DNA of 63,023 nucleotides, counting the filler, from Atractiella rhizophila (lineage: Eukaryota): assembly GCA_021432655.1 (NCBI GenBank). It is 8 parts of 4 records of this genome, joined end to end, with 100 filler letters (N's around TTAATTAATTAA, not from the genome) between each part and the next. Parts side by side here need not be neighbours in the genome. Positions count along the whole stretch, not along the records: positions 1 to 9,517 come from MU271277.1; positions 9,618 to 31,472 come from MU271277.1; 6 more parts are not named here. One strand, written 5' to 3'. Each line of letters begins with the position of its first letter. The stretch's first letter is position 1. Made by a program: the position numbers and the translations under genes. Shown one piece after another: positions 1-12,827 of the stretch. The notes under the pieces were generated by a model, which was not told where the DNA came from, did no database searches, and saw nothing but the letters and a program-made list of their open reading frames with translations.

Positions 1-38
1 TCAATGATAGTCGAAGCGATATTGAGATTCACACTTAC

Positions 39-1522
39 CATTGCAGTTGAGGCCGGTCCAGCCTTCGGTACATTGGCAGTCGTCGCCTTGACGTGGGTAG
101 CGGTCTCGTCCTTCTGCTAACGAGCCACAAACTGTGCAACGATACGGAATTAGCGAAGTGATCCTCTGACAGCACAAGTACAGCAATGTAAAGCAGGAAA
201 CTATGAAGTTCTTCCATTTTGAGTTCGAGACATCATCCTGCAGCATACAGCGCTCCTCTGTTTGGACGGAGGTCAAGCAAGAACGCAAAGGGATACCCAA
301 GGCAACCTAGAGAGGCAACCTGAATGAACGAGAGGTCGTTAAATTAACTATATTCATTCCACTCCACAAGGTGACGATTGACAGGGTAGAATTGGCCGGC
401 TACAACAGCAATGTAGCCGACACACTCGCAAAAAGACTCCGTAGAGAGGGAAAGGCAGCCTGAATTCGTGTCGTGGCGTGGTGAGCTCCGTGCTTCAGTT
501 ATGCAGCGCACGGAGATATGAAAATTTGAGAAGAAAGCGAACATCACTGGCTACAGATGGATCGGTTCTTTAACACTGTCTAGTTTTACAGTACTGGGTC
601 TTTCGCCTACACAGGTTTCGTCCCACTAACCCAATGAGAAAGCGGCGCGAAGAGGACTACCGACTTCTGAACGCGAAAACAGCCTAGCGCAAAGACAACA
701 GTCGATTCGATGTAAAATCAGAGAAGAAACAAGATGCCGGGTTAAATAAAGCTCAATTCCATGAGAGGTTGACTGCAAGGAGCAAGGATGGAGGAATTTG
801 CAATTGCTATTCCCGTGCAAGTCTCGTTCGGCATGATTGCTAGTGGCCAATTTCCAACAGCAATCCATTGCCCAACCTCACAATCGCTATTTCATGATTG
901 TTGTTGCTAGTCCAAACAGCTTTAGAATGAATCCCAATCAACATCAAATGAGTAATGCAATTTCTGTGCTCACAGAGTACAGAGTAACCTCCATTTCTGG
1001 CTCGGATCTGCCCAAGAGCCGTTGCAACACCCATGATGCAGAAAAAGGAGAGACCTTTCCTTCTTGGAGAGGTAGGAGTAAGAGAGCTGGCTCAGTTTGC
1101 GCAGCTCGCAGGCATTTCGTGTCACGGCCACGTCCCTCGTCGCCGTAGCTCCCACTCATCAAGAAAGTAGACAGTAGCTCCGTAAACACTCCAGCCACCA
1201 CTTCCTTCCCAACTCTCGCAAAATGGACCGAAACAAACATACGCGGCGTGCTACAATCCTCTCCACCCCACCCCTCCGGACATTTACACATCCCATCGAA
1301 CTCCCTGCACTCTCCATACTGCAGACACTTGAACGCAGGAAGCAAGCAGTTGAAACACGGCGGGCAGTCAGCTGGTGCCTTTGGCGGCGGCCTTGCGAGG
1401 TAGGAGTTGGTGAGGGAGGTGTGGGCGAGCTGTTGCGGCGGCGGGACGGTGGCGTTGCGGAAGAGGGCGTAGCGCGCGCTGGTGAGAGAGCTGAGCGGGA
1501 GAAGGAGCAGAGGTAGAATCAT
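39..1522 (-). CDS. ADP1: ADP1-like ABC transporter (ABCG type with N-terminal EGF-like repeats); exons 1-2 only, gene continues off the left edge
   Basis: Signal peptide, then [42 protein letters not shown]. Exon 1 (1522-1243) ends in GTATGT and splices in phase to exon 2 (131-39) [31 protein letters not shown], which ends in GTAAGT. Matches the Cys-rich N-terminus of yeast Adp1-type proteins. Confidence 0.85.
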
Positions 1523-1748
1523 GGTGATCCTGTCCTGAGGAGGTCGTCGTTCTGCGTCAACGTCAACACCTTTCTTGTGGTCGTGGGCGGCGTATGAGTC
1601 ATTGGTTGACTGTTCACTGTTTGGAAATGGAAAATGAACGAGGGACCTCGCACATCGAGATTGATGAGGGGGAGTTCATCATCGGGACGCGACTGCTAAT
1701 GTGTAGCCATCGATGGGGCAGATGACGGTGTGCGTATGGACGGATGAC

Positions 1749-3717
1749 AGGTTGGAGAAATGGATGTCACAAGAATATGCTGAGTGAGTTTTTTCCCAGG
1801 GGCAGATTATATAGGGGAGACGCGGCGCTAGAAGTCTGTTGCAGAGCTCCTGAGAGACATTGAATTTTTTAAATCTCTCTTTGACAGTGAAAAGCCTTTC
1901 AGTTCAACGTCGAACTTGATAGCATGTGCTCAGAACTTTTCTCGGCAATTTCTCTTCTTACAACATGGATAATGCTCATGGTGGGCAGAATGTTCGTGTT
2001 TTCATTGAAATCAGCATCGTCTCAATTATTATTGAGGTCGCAACCCTTTTCTTGGCCAAAGTACCTAAAGAATACCTGAAATGTGGGGAAAGTTCATTGA
2101 CTTGAAGATCTTCTTTCCCTGTGTCTTTCTGGTGTCCAGAACTGGTTGGTTTTGTTTTTATGGCCTATTGTCTAGTTACCGAGTCTTTCATCGACGTTCT
2201 TCAATACTGCGTGGATCAAGTCAGCGTCTTGGAGATTGTACAATGATATATTCTTTCGCTTATTCCTAGTTGATGACATGATACTAGCTGATCCCTAAAA
2301 ATACAAATAAACATGGACCTCCCTGGAGGTCCATCACAAATATGCCATATCTTATCTCTCATGCCGTTCCTCCAAAATATCCCCTTAGTTGTACCAATCT
2401 CTCCTGTTTCCTCTTTGCTAGATCCCTCAGCCCATCGAGCGTTTCTTCGCCCTCAGCGAGGCCACTTTCCTCTTGTGCGAGGGCTGTCCATTGACGTCCA
2501 GCTCGCCTCTGAAGCTGATATGCATCACGTGGCTCCTCCTGAAGCCTGCTGGTGTCTCCAGCTTCAGCGTTGCTACCGGGTATGGTGGAACTGAAACTGA
2601 TAGTCTCCGTCCATCTGACGTGTCTGTCACTTGAATCTTGAGCGGCATTCAGAGAACTGGGATGAGTGTTCGGACCAGTGGACGTCGTCAACGGGACGGC
2701 ACGAGAGGTCGATGCCTGGTTGTGATTGAAGGCATGAGACAGGGAGCCACGAAGAGTGTATCCCCTCGAAGCTGACGTAGAGCCGAGGTTTGGATCGTGA
2801 ATGATGGAATGGTCCAAATCTGGGTGTCGTCTCCTGTAGTCATCTCCAATGAGATGGTAGGCGGACGCCGAGAGAGGTCTGGGATAGACGCCGTTTCGAG
2901 TGGCGGTCCAAGTGACGGCCGGAACAGGCAGCTTTCGGTGCTCCCATACGTATCTGCGCACAGCGTTCCTTCAGTTTCTTGCTACGATTGTTAGTGGCTA
3001 CGTACTCCCATGCCAAACTCTTATAGAACCTGTCTCACACATTAGTCAGGTTCATTTGGTTTCTTGAAACGTACTGGAGCAACTCCACGCAGATGTAGCG
3101 AATGTTTGAACTGCTGTTGATGGGTACGACCCAGTCCTGCATTGGTATCATCAGGTTCGATGTCCGTTCGGTAGTGCGTTGAAATTGCGAACCGAGATGA
3201 TCGTGGTTTCGATGGGATCGAAAGCATAGGACTCCCAATTGACCAAGTGTCCGCCTTGGAAGATATCCCACGGAGTGTCGAAGACAGTGCTGCAGTACTG
3301 ACAATGAAGCGAAGCGGGGGTGTTTGAAGCGCCGTGCGCTGGAAGGACCTAACACCGTTGTTCAGTCCAAGGCTTTAGATGAGTATGGAAGACTACTCAC
3401 ACTGCCCAGGTACATCTCTGGTATGGGTAGATGGGTTTGAGGAGGCTGTCCCTCAAGCTTCCCCATGGATTCGACAGTGCCATAGCAGAGTATGTTGGCA
3501 GCCTGAATCCTCGCTGGGCAAGTCCTGGATACGTTGCCCAAGAAGTCCTTTCGCAATCGTCAGGGCACCGTAGAGGTCGTAAGATGATCATGATCGTATC
3601 GCACCTTCAAGGACGTAGAAGGTACGAGAGTTTCGTGCTTCTTGAGCTCTGCTTCGTTGGCGAAGTAGAAGCCACAGTGGATGCAGAGCAGCTGGTCAGA
3701 CATAGCAGTTGTGGTCA
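1749..3717. repeat. ~2 kb dispersed direct repeat, copy 1 (copy 2 at 7467-9517)
   Basis: Near-identical sequence starting AGGTTGGAGAAATGGATGTCACAAG at both 1749 and 7467, with parallel ORF translations throughout. Confidence 0.95.
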
Positions 3718-3718
3718 T
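2359..3718 (-). CDS. Hypothetical multi-exon protein with an N-terminal C2H2-like zinc finger (start and internal exons uncertain)
   Basis: LCIHCGFYFANEAELKKHE motif near 3700, several GT..AG-bounded segments, and a long terminal ORF at 2359-2961. Confidence 0.45.
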
Positions 3719-4420
3719 TGTGTTATATGGCGAAGCTGGGGGACGGGGAGGATATGGAGGAAGGGGAATCGACGAGATCCTTTGAAGGGAAAGCTTGCCC
3801 TTTGGTCCAAAGGACTTGTTCTCGCGGCCCTCGACGCGGGATGGAAGATAGAGTTTGAGTCGCATTCTGCGGTAGCTTTTCAGTTGATACACTGCTCTGC
3901 ACGCGCTGTACGGCTGCCGAATTTTTGCGGGCAACAGTGAAGAGATGTGGACGCATGTCGGAAATGACACCCATGACGTAGCTGGAAGGTGGGAAGGATT
4001 ACGACGCCTGACCGGAGGTTCAACGTTCATCGTTCGTCTCTGCCACTCATCAGCCCTGCACCAATGTAAATATTCTGCCCTAATTCTCACTCTCATCACT
4101 CATTACTTCGGATGCCAGTGACCATGAGGTATTTAGCAAGCAGTAGGACGTAGCACGGATCAAAGAATCGAGAACAGGTTGAGTGGCGGATTGCATGGGA
4201 ACCGGAAGGCGAATGGGTCATGAGCTGTGGCGTCGATAGGACCTCGAGGATCCATGGATGCGTGGCTAGGGATGAATGTTGGAGGCAATTGGGGAGACCA
4301 CAGGTGCACGGATTGGAAATTTGGGCAGTGGATTAGATCGGGAGGGATTGATTCGTCTGTGCAGCGGATGAGAAGATTGCGAGTGCTGAGGCGACGATTG
4401 GACGAGGAGAGAATTGTACA

Positions 4421-4819
4421 TTAGTGGTACTCATGAACCGTCTTGTCTCCAAGCCTCTCCACTCCATCAATGGCTCCGGAGAGACGCCGTGCCAACCTTC
4501 TGCGACCTTTTCGATCCCTCAGCAACCACAGCACATGCAACCAAAGCCACAAAGCGATCAATACGAAGGCTCTACCAAGCACGATCCTGACCCATCCAAA
4601 CTCATCCTCATCGAAGTAATCAGGCGGTGGTCCAATCCATCCGTCGTCGTCTTTCCCGCGCTGAAAATGCCGTCGCCGCTGCCGCCAATGATACCATCCG
4701 AACCACGAAACGAGCAGGATGAAGACGATTCCGAGGACGACTCCGACTACGATAAGTCCCATGGCTGGCCCAGAGAGACCACTTGGCGTACTACTAGGAG
4801 TGGTTGACGAGTCCGACAT
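4421..4819 (-). CDS. Small putative membrane protein (Ser/Thr-rich N-terminus, TM helix, basic cytoplasmic flank); 3' end uncertain
   Basis: MSDSSTTPSSTPSGLSGPAMGLIVVGVVLGIVFILLVSWFGWYHWRQRRR follows the positive-inside pattern; a PPPDY motif lies downstream. Confidence 0.5.
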   Translation of the reverse strand: MSDSSTTPSSTPSGLSGPAMGLIVVGVVLGIVFILLVSWFGWYHWRQRRRHFQRGKDDDGWIGPPPDYFDEDEFGWVRIVLGRAFVLIALWLWLHVLWLLRDRKGRRRLARRLSGAIDGVERLGDKTVHEYH

Positions 4820-5598
4820 GACGCCGGTGATGAAAGTCGTGGAGCAGCGGAGATAGAAGATTAGAATGAGGTTGGAGTGGCTAGAGTCCACCGGTCGTGA
4901 CAGATATCTGTGCCTTTCAATTAGGATGGGAAATTCTGTGGGTGTGACGAGCGAATTTACCTCCCCCCAAGGTATCTACAAAAGTCAAAGGTGATTCGCA
5001 AAATCCAGGTGATCCTACCTGAGACAGATAGAGGAAGAGGATGAAAGCGAGTGGCGTCTATATTTCCGTGAGGCCCTTGATATGAACTGAGAATGGAAGA
5101 GTAATTCCGTTGTCAGAAAGCTTCAAAGGAATCCTCCTTTGTTGTTGTGCTGTTGTTGTGGATTCGCTTGGTCTTGTTATTGGTACCTGCACAAGGAACA
5201 GGTTTATCTTCTCCCCCTTCACAGATGTTTCAACGCTTCACCCTTTACGTTCTGATACTCTTGCGAACCCGTTCTCACCACACTGCATTAGCGCTTTCAT
5301 TCGCTAGTAGCGACGATCGGAAATCGAGGGCGGCGGGAAGAGGTGCGGGAAGCAACAAAAGAACCGAAAAGTTGCAACAAAGGGACCTGAGGTGTACGAG
5401 GACACAAAGACGAGGATGGCGAATCAACTTGGGTGGCGGCGACAAGATGGATGTAGATGCTAAAGTGATGACATTTTTGCATGAAATTTATTGATACACT
5501 CACACATGTTGAGATGAAGAAAAGGAAGAATCAACAACATCAGCCGAACAGAGGTTTTTCATGGCCTTGCCAATCTAGCTTTCTTTCTAGTCCTCGTA

Positions 5599-7152
5599 TC
5601 ATCCCCTCCTTGACCTGGGCTTCACATCAGTAAGCCACCTTGCTCAAGTAGACGAAGAGATCCACACCTTTTAGTACCGAAAGGCATTCCTCCACTTCCA
5701 CTCCTTCCATACATCATCCAATCTTCGTCCATCTCCATTCCACCCATACCCATACCGCCCATACCCCCCAAACCCCTCAAACCATGGATTCCCATCCCTC
5801 CGAACCCCATCTTCTCCTTCTCCTTCGGCATCTTCTTCCCAACCTCATCCACCAGCTTCTCCAACGCGACCCTATGCTCCGAATTCGCCTTCTCCCTCGC
5901 CGTTTCCGTCTTCTGAATCTTATCAATATACCCATCCAAAGATGATATAACATTCTTGATCCGTTCAGAAAACACTCCCAGGCTCTCACGGAGCGCGACA
6001 ACCGTATTCCCTCCCTCGCCTTCGGGCGTTGTGTCCATTGCATCCTCAGACGAGGAGGGAGGAGGGAGACGAACGTCCCGTCCCATTCCCCAATCGATCT
6101 CTAAACACGAACGTCTCTGGTCCAATCGTCCGTGGATGACTCCCGCATAGATCGCATCGATCACGAGCGATTCGAGATCTTTGACGTCTTGTGGGTTCGG
6201 AGTGAGGAGGGGAGATGCGGATGGGGTATCGGATAGGCGGGTGAAGAGAAGAGGGTACGGAATCGTCTGTCTTTATGTGAGTTTGGATAGTATGGGAAGG
6301 CAAGTGACGAACGCGTGAGATACGCATGAGCGTGACGATTGTTAGTTGCTTTAACTTCTTCGACATTGCTGGTGTGAGCGCTGGCAAACTCGATTGATGT
6401 TCTTTATGGATGGTCAGAGATGAAGGAGGCGATAGGAAAGACTCACCAAGATATTCACCCCATGTTCCGTAAGCAAAGATTTCTAGAAGTCGATAATGTC
6501 CCGCAAATTGCTCATGGTCTTTAAGCTGGAAGGTATCATGATTAGCAATGGGACTGGAAAGAGGAAGGAGTGCAACAGAGTTTGGTTCTCAAACTTGGAG
6601 ACGCGGTACTGAGTCAATTAAATCCAGCCTTCAACTGTCTTGCCTGGCATACTCGATACTGGCACAATCTATGTCCTATAAATCTTATGCATCCTTGATC
6701 TCGAACCATGGAGAGTTTAATATAGAGGTCTCTTAACAGAACTTGCTCTCCTTCAAAGAACAGGCGACATCATTGTCCTAAACAAATTCGAAGGGTGCCA
6801 GAAATCGGATCAACAAAAGCAACCAAATCACGTTGAGAAACGCGATCCAAACCCCCAACATCCCAAAATTCGGAAAAGTATAACGAACGCGTACCTCCCT
6901 CACACCAGGATGATTCATGACCTCGCTAAAGACATATATCCCCTCCGCCTTGAGCGCCTCCAAAACGAGCTGCGCGGCGGCCGCGCCCCTGTTGTTCTTG
7001 CCGGTGGTGAGGAGGAGGCGGACTTTGGGAGGTGGATCGAGGTCGATTGTCTTGGAAGGACCTGGTGCAGCCGTACTCGTTGGAACAGGCGCGGAGGGCG
7101 TCGTGAAGCGGATGGTGCTCGCTACGTCATCTGCAGAGGTGACTGCGGCCAT
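5599..7152 (-). CDS. CSN7: COP9 signalosome complex subunit 7 (PCI domain)
   Basis: Spliced motifs GIYVFSEVMNHP / LLEIFAYGTWGEY / KKLKQLTIVTL / DLESLVIDAIYAGVIHGRLDQ...GRDVR. Last exon and stop are approximate. Confidence 0.85.
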
Positions 7153-7466
7153 GGTTTTGTGATCTGATCAACTGAAAGTGCTGTAGCGATGCCGTTCGTT
7201 CGACCAGGAGAAGTTGATCGAGAGAGATATCATCACGTGATCAATATGTCTCCATCAATATGGTCCCTCAGAGCAAGAACAAACAGGAAGCTTGCTCCTG
7301 ACAGTGCTTGCTCAGGCTTGCTGAAATCCTTTGCTCAAGTTCCTTCTTGTTCCCATTGAACTTGGACGTTGAAGAGTCCATGACAGCCTTCTTCCTGTGC
7401 TTCTTCGAACATCGAACTTGGTTCAATCAATCTTACCATCTTCAGGTTCGCTTCCCGTCAGGAATT

Positions 7467-9517
7467 AGGTTGGAGAAATGGATGTCACAAGAATATGCTG
7501 AGTGAGTTTTTTCCCAGGTGCAAATTATATAGGGGAGACGCGGCGCTAGAAGTTGGTTGCAGTGCTCCTGAGAGACGTTGAAATTTTTAAATCTCTCTTT
7601 GACAGTGAAAAGCCTTTCAGTTCAACGTCGAACTTGATAGCATGTGCCCATACCTTTTATCGGCAATTTCTCTTCTTACAACATGGATAATGCTCATGGT
7701 GGGCAGAATATTCGTGTTTTCATTGAAATCAACATCGTCTCAATTATTATTGAGGTCGCAACCCTTTTCTTGGCCAAAGTACCTAAAGAATACCTGAAAT
7801 GTGGGGAAGGTTCAGTGACTTGGAAGATCTTCTTTCCCTGTGTCTTTCTGGTGTTCAGAACTGGTTGGTTTTGTTTTTATGGCCTATTGTCTAGTTACTG
7901 AGTCTTTCATCGACGTTCTTCAATACTACGCGGATCAAGTCACCGTCTTCAAGATTGTACAATGATGTATTCTTTCGCTTATTCCCAGTTGATGACATGA
8001 TGCTAGCTGATCCTTAAAAATACAAATACACATGGACCTCCCTGGAGGTCCATCACAAATATGCCATATCTTATCTCTCATGCAGTTCCTCCAAAATATC
8101 CCCTTAGTTGCATCAATCTCTCCTGTTTCCTCTTCGCTAGTTCCCTCAACCCATCGAGCGTTTCTTCGCCCTCAGCGAGGCCACTTTCCTCTTGTGCGAG
8201 GGCAGTCCATTGACGTCCAGCTCGCCTCTGATGCTGATATGCATCATGTGGCTCCTCCTGAAGCCTGCTGGTACACCCAGCTTCGGAGCTGCGACCGGGT
8301 ATGGTGGAACTGAAACTGATAGGCTCCGTCCATCTGACGTGTCTGCCACTTGAATCTCGAGCGCCATTCAGAGAACTGGGATGAGTGTTCGGACCAGTGG
8401 ACGTCGTCAACGGGACGGCACGAGAGGTCGATGCCTGGTTGTGATCGAAGGCATGAGACTGGGAGCCACGAAGAGTGTATCCCCTCGAAGCTGACGTAGA
8501 GCCGAGGTTTGGATCGTGAATGATGGAATGGTCCAAATCTGAGGGAGCCACGAAGAGTGTATCCCCTCGAAGCTGACGTAGAGCCGAGGTTTGGATCGTG
8601 AATGATGGAATGGTCCAAATCTGGGTGTCGTCTCCTGTATTCATCTCCAATGAGACGATAGGCGGACGCCGAGAGAGGTCTGGGATAGACGCCGTGTCGA
8701 GTGGCGATCCAAGTGACAGCCGGAACAGGCAGCTTTCGATGCTCCCATACGTATCTGCGCACAGCGTTCCCTCAGTTTCCTGCTACGATTAGTAGTGGCG
8801 ACGTACTCCCATGCCAAACTCTTATAGAACCTGTCTCACACATTAGTCAGGTTCATTTGGTTTCTTGAAACGTACTGGAGCAACTCCACACAGATGTAGC
8901 GAATGTTTGAACTGCTGTTGATGGGTACGACCCAGTCCTGCATTGGTATCATCAGGTTCGATGTCCTTTCGGTAGTGCGTTGAAATTGCGAACCGAGATG
9001 ATCGTGGTTTCGATGGGATCGAAAGCATAGGACTCCCAATTGACCAAGTGTCCACCTTGGAAGATGTCCCAAGGAGTATCGAAGATCTTGCTGCAGTACT
9101 GACAATGAAGAGAAGCAGGGGTGTTTGAAGCGCCGTGCGCTGGAAGGACCTATCAATGTTGTTCAGTCAAATGCTTTGGATGGAGTATGGAAGACTACTC
9201 ACACTGCCTAGGTACATCTCTGGTATGGGTAGATGGGTTTGAGGAGGCTGTCTCTGAAGCTTCCCCATGGATTCGACGGTGCCATAGCAGAGTATGTTGG
9301 CAGCCTGAATCCTCGCTGGACAAGTCCTGGATACGTTGCCCAAGAAGTCCTTTCGCAATCGTCAGGGCACCGCAGAGGTCGTAAGATGATCATGATCGTA
9401 TCGCACCTTCAAGGACGTAGAAGGTACGAGAGTTTCGTGCTTCTTGAGCTCTGCTTCGTTGGCGAAGTAGAAGCCACAGTGGATGCAGAGCAGCTGGTCA
9501 GACATAGCAGTTGTGGT
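7467..9517. repeat. ~2 kb dispersed direct repeat, copy 2 (runs into an assembly gap)
   Basis: Aligns by eye to 1749-3717 with scattered substitutions and an extra 82-bp internal tandem duplication. Confidence 0.95.
8078..9517 (-). pseudogene. Second copy of the C2H2-like hypothetical gene, frameshifted by an 82-bp tandem duplication
   Basis: The unit GGGAGCCACGAAGAG...GGTCCAAATCTG starts at 8461 and again at 8543 (period 82, not a multiple of 3). The terminal ORF is split into 8244-8762 and 8078-8650. Confidence 0.55.
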
Positions 9518-9617
9518 NNNNNNNNNNNNNNNNNNNNNNNNNNNNNNNNNNNNNNNNNNNNTTAATTAATTAANNNNNNNNNNNNNNNNNNNNNNNNNNN
9601 NNNNNNNNNNNNNNNNN

Positions 9618-10225
9618 TAAGGGGTGGAGGAGCGTATACGTTTGGAGGGGTGGAGAAGGAGTGGATCAGGGGAACGATGGTGTATGCGCCAGTCACGAGT
9701 TCGTTCTACTGGTTCGTCTCCTTTCCCTTATCCCCATCCTCCAGCGACTCACGCTGAACACTAACGGAACGGTTGGTTTTGGGCAGGGGTATCGAGCTCA
9801 CAGGCATCTTCGTGCGCAACGTAAACCAATTCTCACCTTCGACCCCACCTCGCGGTCTGATAGACACCGGCACCTCACTCATCTACACCTCGACCTCCAT
9901 CGCGGCCTCCATCCACAACTCCATCACCGGCTCCGCCTTCCTCGCCTCCAACAAACTTTGGACCGTCCCCTGCACCATCCCTCCCACGACACCAAATGTC
10001 TTCTTCGAGATGGGAAAGTCCAGGTTCGGGCTCCCAGCGCAGGAGTTGGCGTTTAAGGACCTCGGCGGTGGGAGATGTTTGAGCGCTATCCAAGGTGGAA
10101 GTGAAGGATTCACGGTCTTGGGTGCGGCTTGGATCAAGAATGTTTATGTCGTTTTGAGGGATGAGGGAGGGGGGAAGAAGAGCGTAGGTGTTGCGAATAG
10201 GACGGATGTTCCTGTCCTTTTTTGA
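9618..10225 (+). CDS. Pepsin-like (A1) aspartic protease, 3' part; 5' part lies in the gap
   Basis: GGAYTFGG...YAPVTSSFYW, intron, then GLIDTGTSLI...WTVPC...CLSAIQG...VLGAAWIKNVYVV. Confidence 0.85.
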
Positions 10226-10548
10226 GCCGTAGAAGCTTTTTGGGTTTTTGTTCTTCCTTTTGAGGGTGGAGGTGTGCGTAATTATTCTTCAATTCTTCAT
10301 CGTGACATCGACATAGTGCTGGTAGATATAAATACTTGGGGCGTCATCGAATTGCACACCTAACTCCATCATGCGTATGCACAATCGAACAAAAACTTGA
10401 AATTGAACCGACTTATCCAATGAAAGGAACTGAAAAGCTTGACAGGAGCACTACCAGCACAGGTGTAAACGAGACAAACATTTCTGAAACATCAAAGCTA
10501 AGAACCACTCATCAAAGCTCCAAGCACACACTGAACAAGGGCTAAGGG

Positions 10549-12427
10549 CTACGACGCCAGCACGGGCTGCCTCGCTGCTGACGGTGGTACCCCTGGCGCA
10601 CCTGTCGTCGTCCCTGTCGTAGGAGGTGCTGTTGCAGAAGCAGAAGGCGGGGGAGTCCAATCATCGACCTCTGCGAAGAAGCGGTCAAAAGAGGATTCGG
10701 CATATGCGACGCAATCGTGTCCGTATATGTTTTCTTGCATCCGTCTATATCATGCACAATTGCATCAGAGGGTCGTCCCTTTGCTGCCTACACATTGATT
10801 GGAGAAGGAAAAACCCACTGATCCGATACTTTGTCTGTGTTCACGTCCCCACCAACGTTCACCCGCCGACCTCGATCGTCCCGCTGCCCTCCTAGACTGG
10901 TATCCATTACCAAATGAACCTCTTTGCCAGAGTTCACCGCTTTGGCAAGCATCTCTTCGGCTCGCGTCTTTCGAACCCTCTATCGGCACATCCGAAATGA
11001 TCAGTTCAGATAGGTCGAGGAAGCAGAATGGGAAGACGAACCTCGTAGACTTTCAAACACTTGTGAATATCTTTCTTATCCTTTACCCGTGCAAGACAGG
11101 CAGCGATAACAGCTCCGTCCTCGATTGCTTGCGCTGCTCCCTATCATGGGCAGGACATCACTTCATGGGAACAACAAACAAGCGTCAAGACGCACCTGAG
11201 CTAAATGGGGTAGTGTAGCGTGACAAGCGTCCCCTGCCAACGCGACGTTCCCGTGCACCCAACTCCTGAGGTTTCCATGCATGACAAGTTTCCACTCGCA
11301 AATCTTGTCGTCTGGTGCAAGGTCCAAGAGTTTATGGATCAACTCGCAATAATCAGCGAAGACTTTCTTCATTCCCGCTTTCGTGCCTGTCGAAGTCCAA
11401 TTGTCTGATTGTGCAAAATTGATGTCGGGATGGGCGGTGGAGATGTTGAACAGAGTGTTGCGATGTATCGGGTAACCCTGTTGCAAATTTTCGGGGACAG
11501 AAGAAGAGTCAGTTTGGTCCCGAGGAGAAGCAGAACAGAGGGACGAACGAGGATGTACCGCCGGGTCCCGATCCAGCGATAGACCGTATTGGAGTCGATG
11601 AGCTTTCGCAGCTCCGGGTCGGCAAGCATCTTCTCTCTCGGGATCGTTATTCGATAGGCAGCTGTGCCTGTGTCAATTGCTGCTGTTATTTCAATTAGCT
11701 TTCTGGACGGAAATCCTCAAATCTCGAGAACGGACTCTTGTCCTCTTCCCCTAATGATCTCAGCATCAAATATCTCGCTTTGCTCTTAATGCCATCAGCG
11801 GCAATGATAACGTCGCCGTCAATCGTCATCTTGTTTCCTTCTCGATTGAAAGCAAAAATTGAGACTTTGTCAAAGTCCACATCCCCGACTCGATGATTCA
11901 AGATGAACCTGACGGAGCCGGCATATTCCGTTATGAGAGGCCGGTAGAGCGCGTCTATGAGAGATGCTCGATGTGCAACCTGGATTCGTTTAGCCCAAGT
12001 AAACAATCCACAGAAAGATGTAATTCAAGAACGGACCATATGCGGATATCCGTACTTCGCTCGAATGTTGGGTAAATTTAAATCTGCCAAACTCTCTCCG
12101 GTTGTTCCGCCTATCCACAAAGATGTCAGCCAGTAAATAGATATACGTCACACAAAGGCACATACGTCGGATGCTCGTCGCCTTCATCTCCACCGCGTCC
12201 TCCAAAACGCTATCCCACACTTTCATCCTATCCAATAGCCTCGCCATATTGGGAGCTACCTGAATTCCAACGCCGACAAAAGTCAAATCTCTCGCCTGTT
12301 CAATTACTGTTATGTCCTTGAATCCTCTCCGCGCAAGCGCCAGAGCAGTTGAGAGTCCGGCAATTCCAGAACCTAGAATGATTATACGCAGGTTTTGCGC
12401 TACGGGAGAGATGGGAACGGAATCCAT
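10549..12427 (-). CDS. FAD-dependent monooxygenase (salicylate hydroxylase-like, group A flavoprotein), copy 1
   Basis: GSGIAGL Rossmann motif, IAADGIKS (DG motif) and LAGDACHATLPHLAQ/GAAQAIEDG (GD motif), across GT..AG introns. Confidence 0.9.
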
Positions 12428-12827
12428 GTCGGCGACTTCAGGAAGTGATATGTAAGGAGCAGAGGGGGTTGAAGGGGTGAAGAAGAGAGGTTGTGGATTG
12501 TGGAACTAGATTGTTATCAGATTAACTATATCTTGAGCCAACAAACCCACAGTTTGGACAAGATATCGCCTGCCACTAAGCTGAAATTGCGAATTTGTGA
12601 GTTCCCTGACAGAAGGTAAGCAAAGAACGAACGTTAAGAGTGATGGTTGATGCGTCGCTCTGCTCCTGGATTTTCTTTATTTCTCGCTTGATCTCCTCCT
12701 TTTCTAAGATACCTCCACCAGAGTCTCTCAGAAAAACCTTTCTGTATCTTTCGCTTTGGTCTTCTGGCTCGAAGCTTTTCTCTCGCTTTCCTGTCTTCAT
12801 TCTCAGAGTCAGCATCGCCATCGCACA

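Noticed and set aside
4424..4807. Plus-strand 127-aa ORF and many similar antisense ORFs over real genes
   Set aside because: Shadow frames of better-supported opposite-strand genes, with no motifs.
9562..9573. TTAATTAATTAA palindrome recurring inside N-runs (also near 31517, 36727, 39028, 44175, 54342, 60574)
   Set aside because: Always centred in a 100-base gap and gives stops in all six frames: an artificial scaffold linker, not biology.
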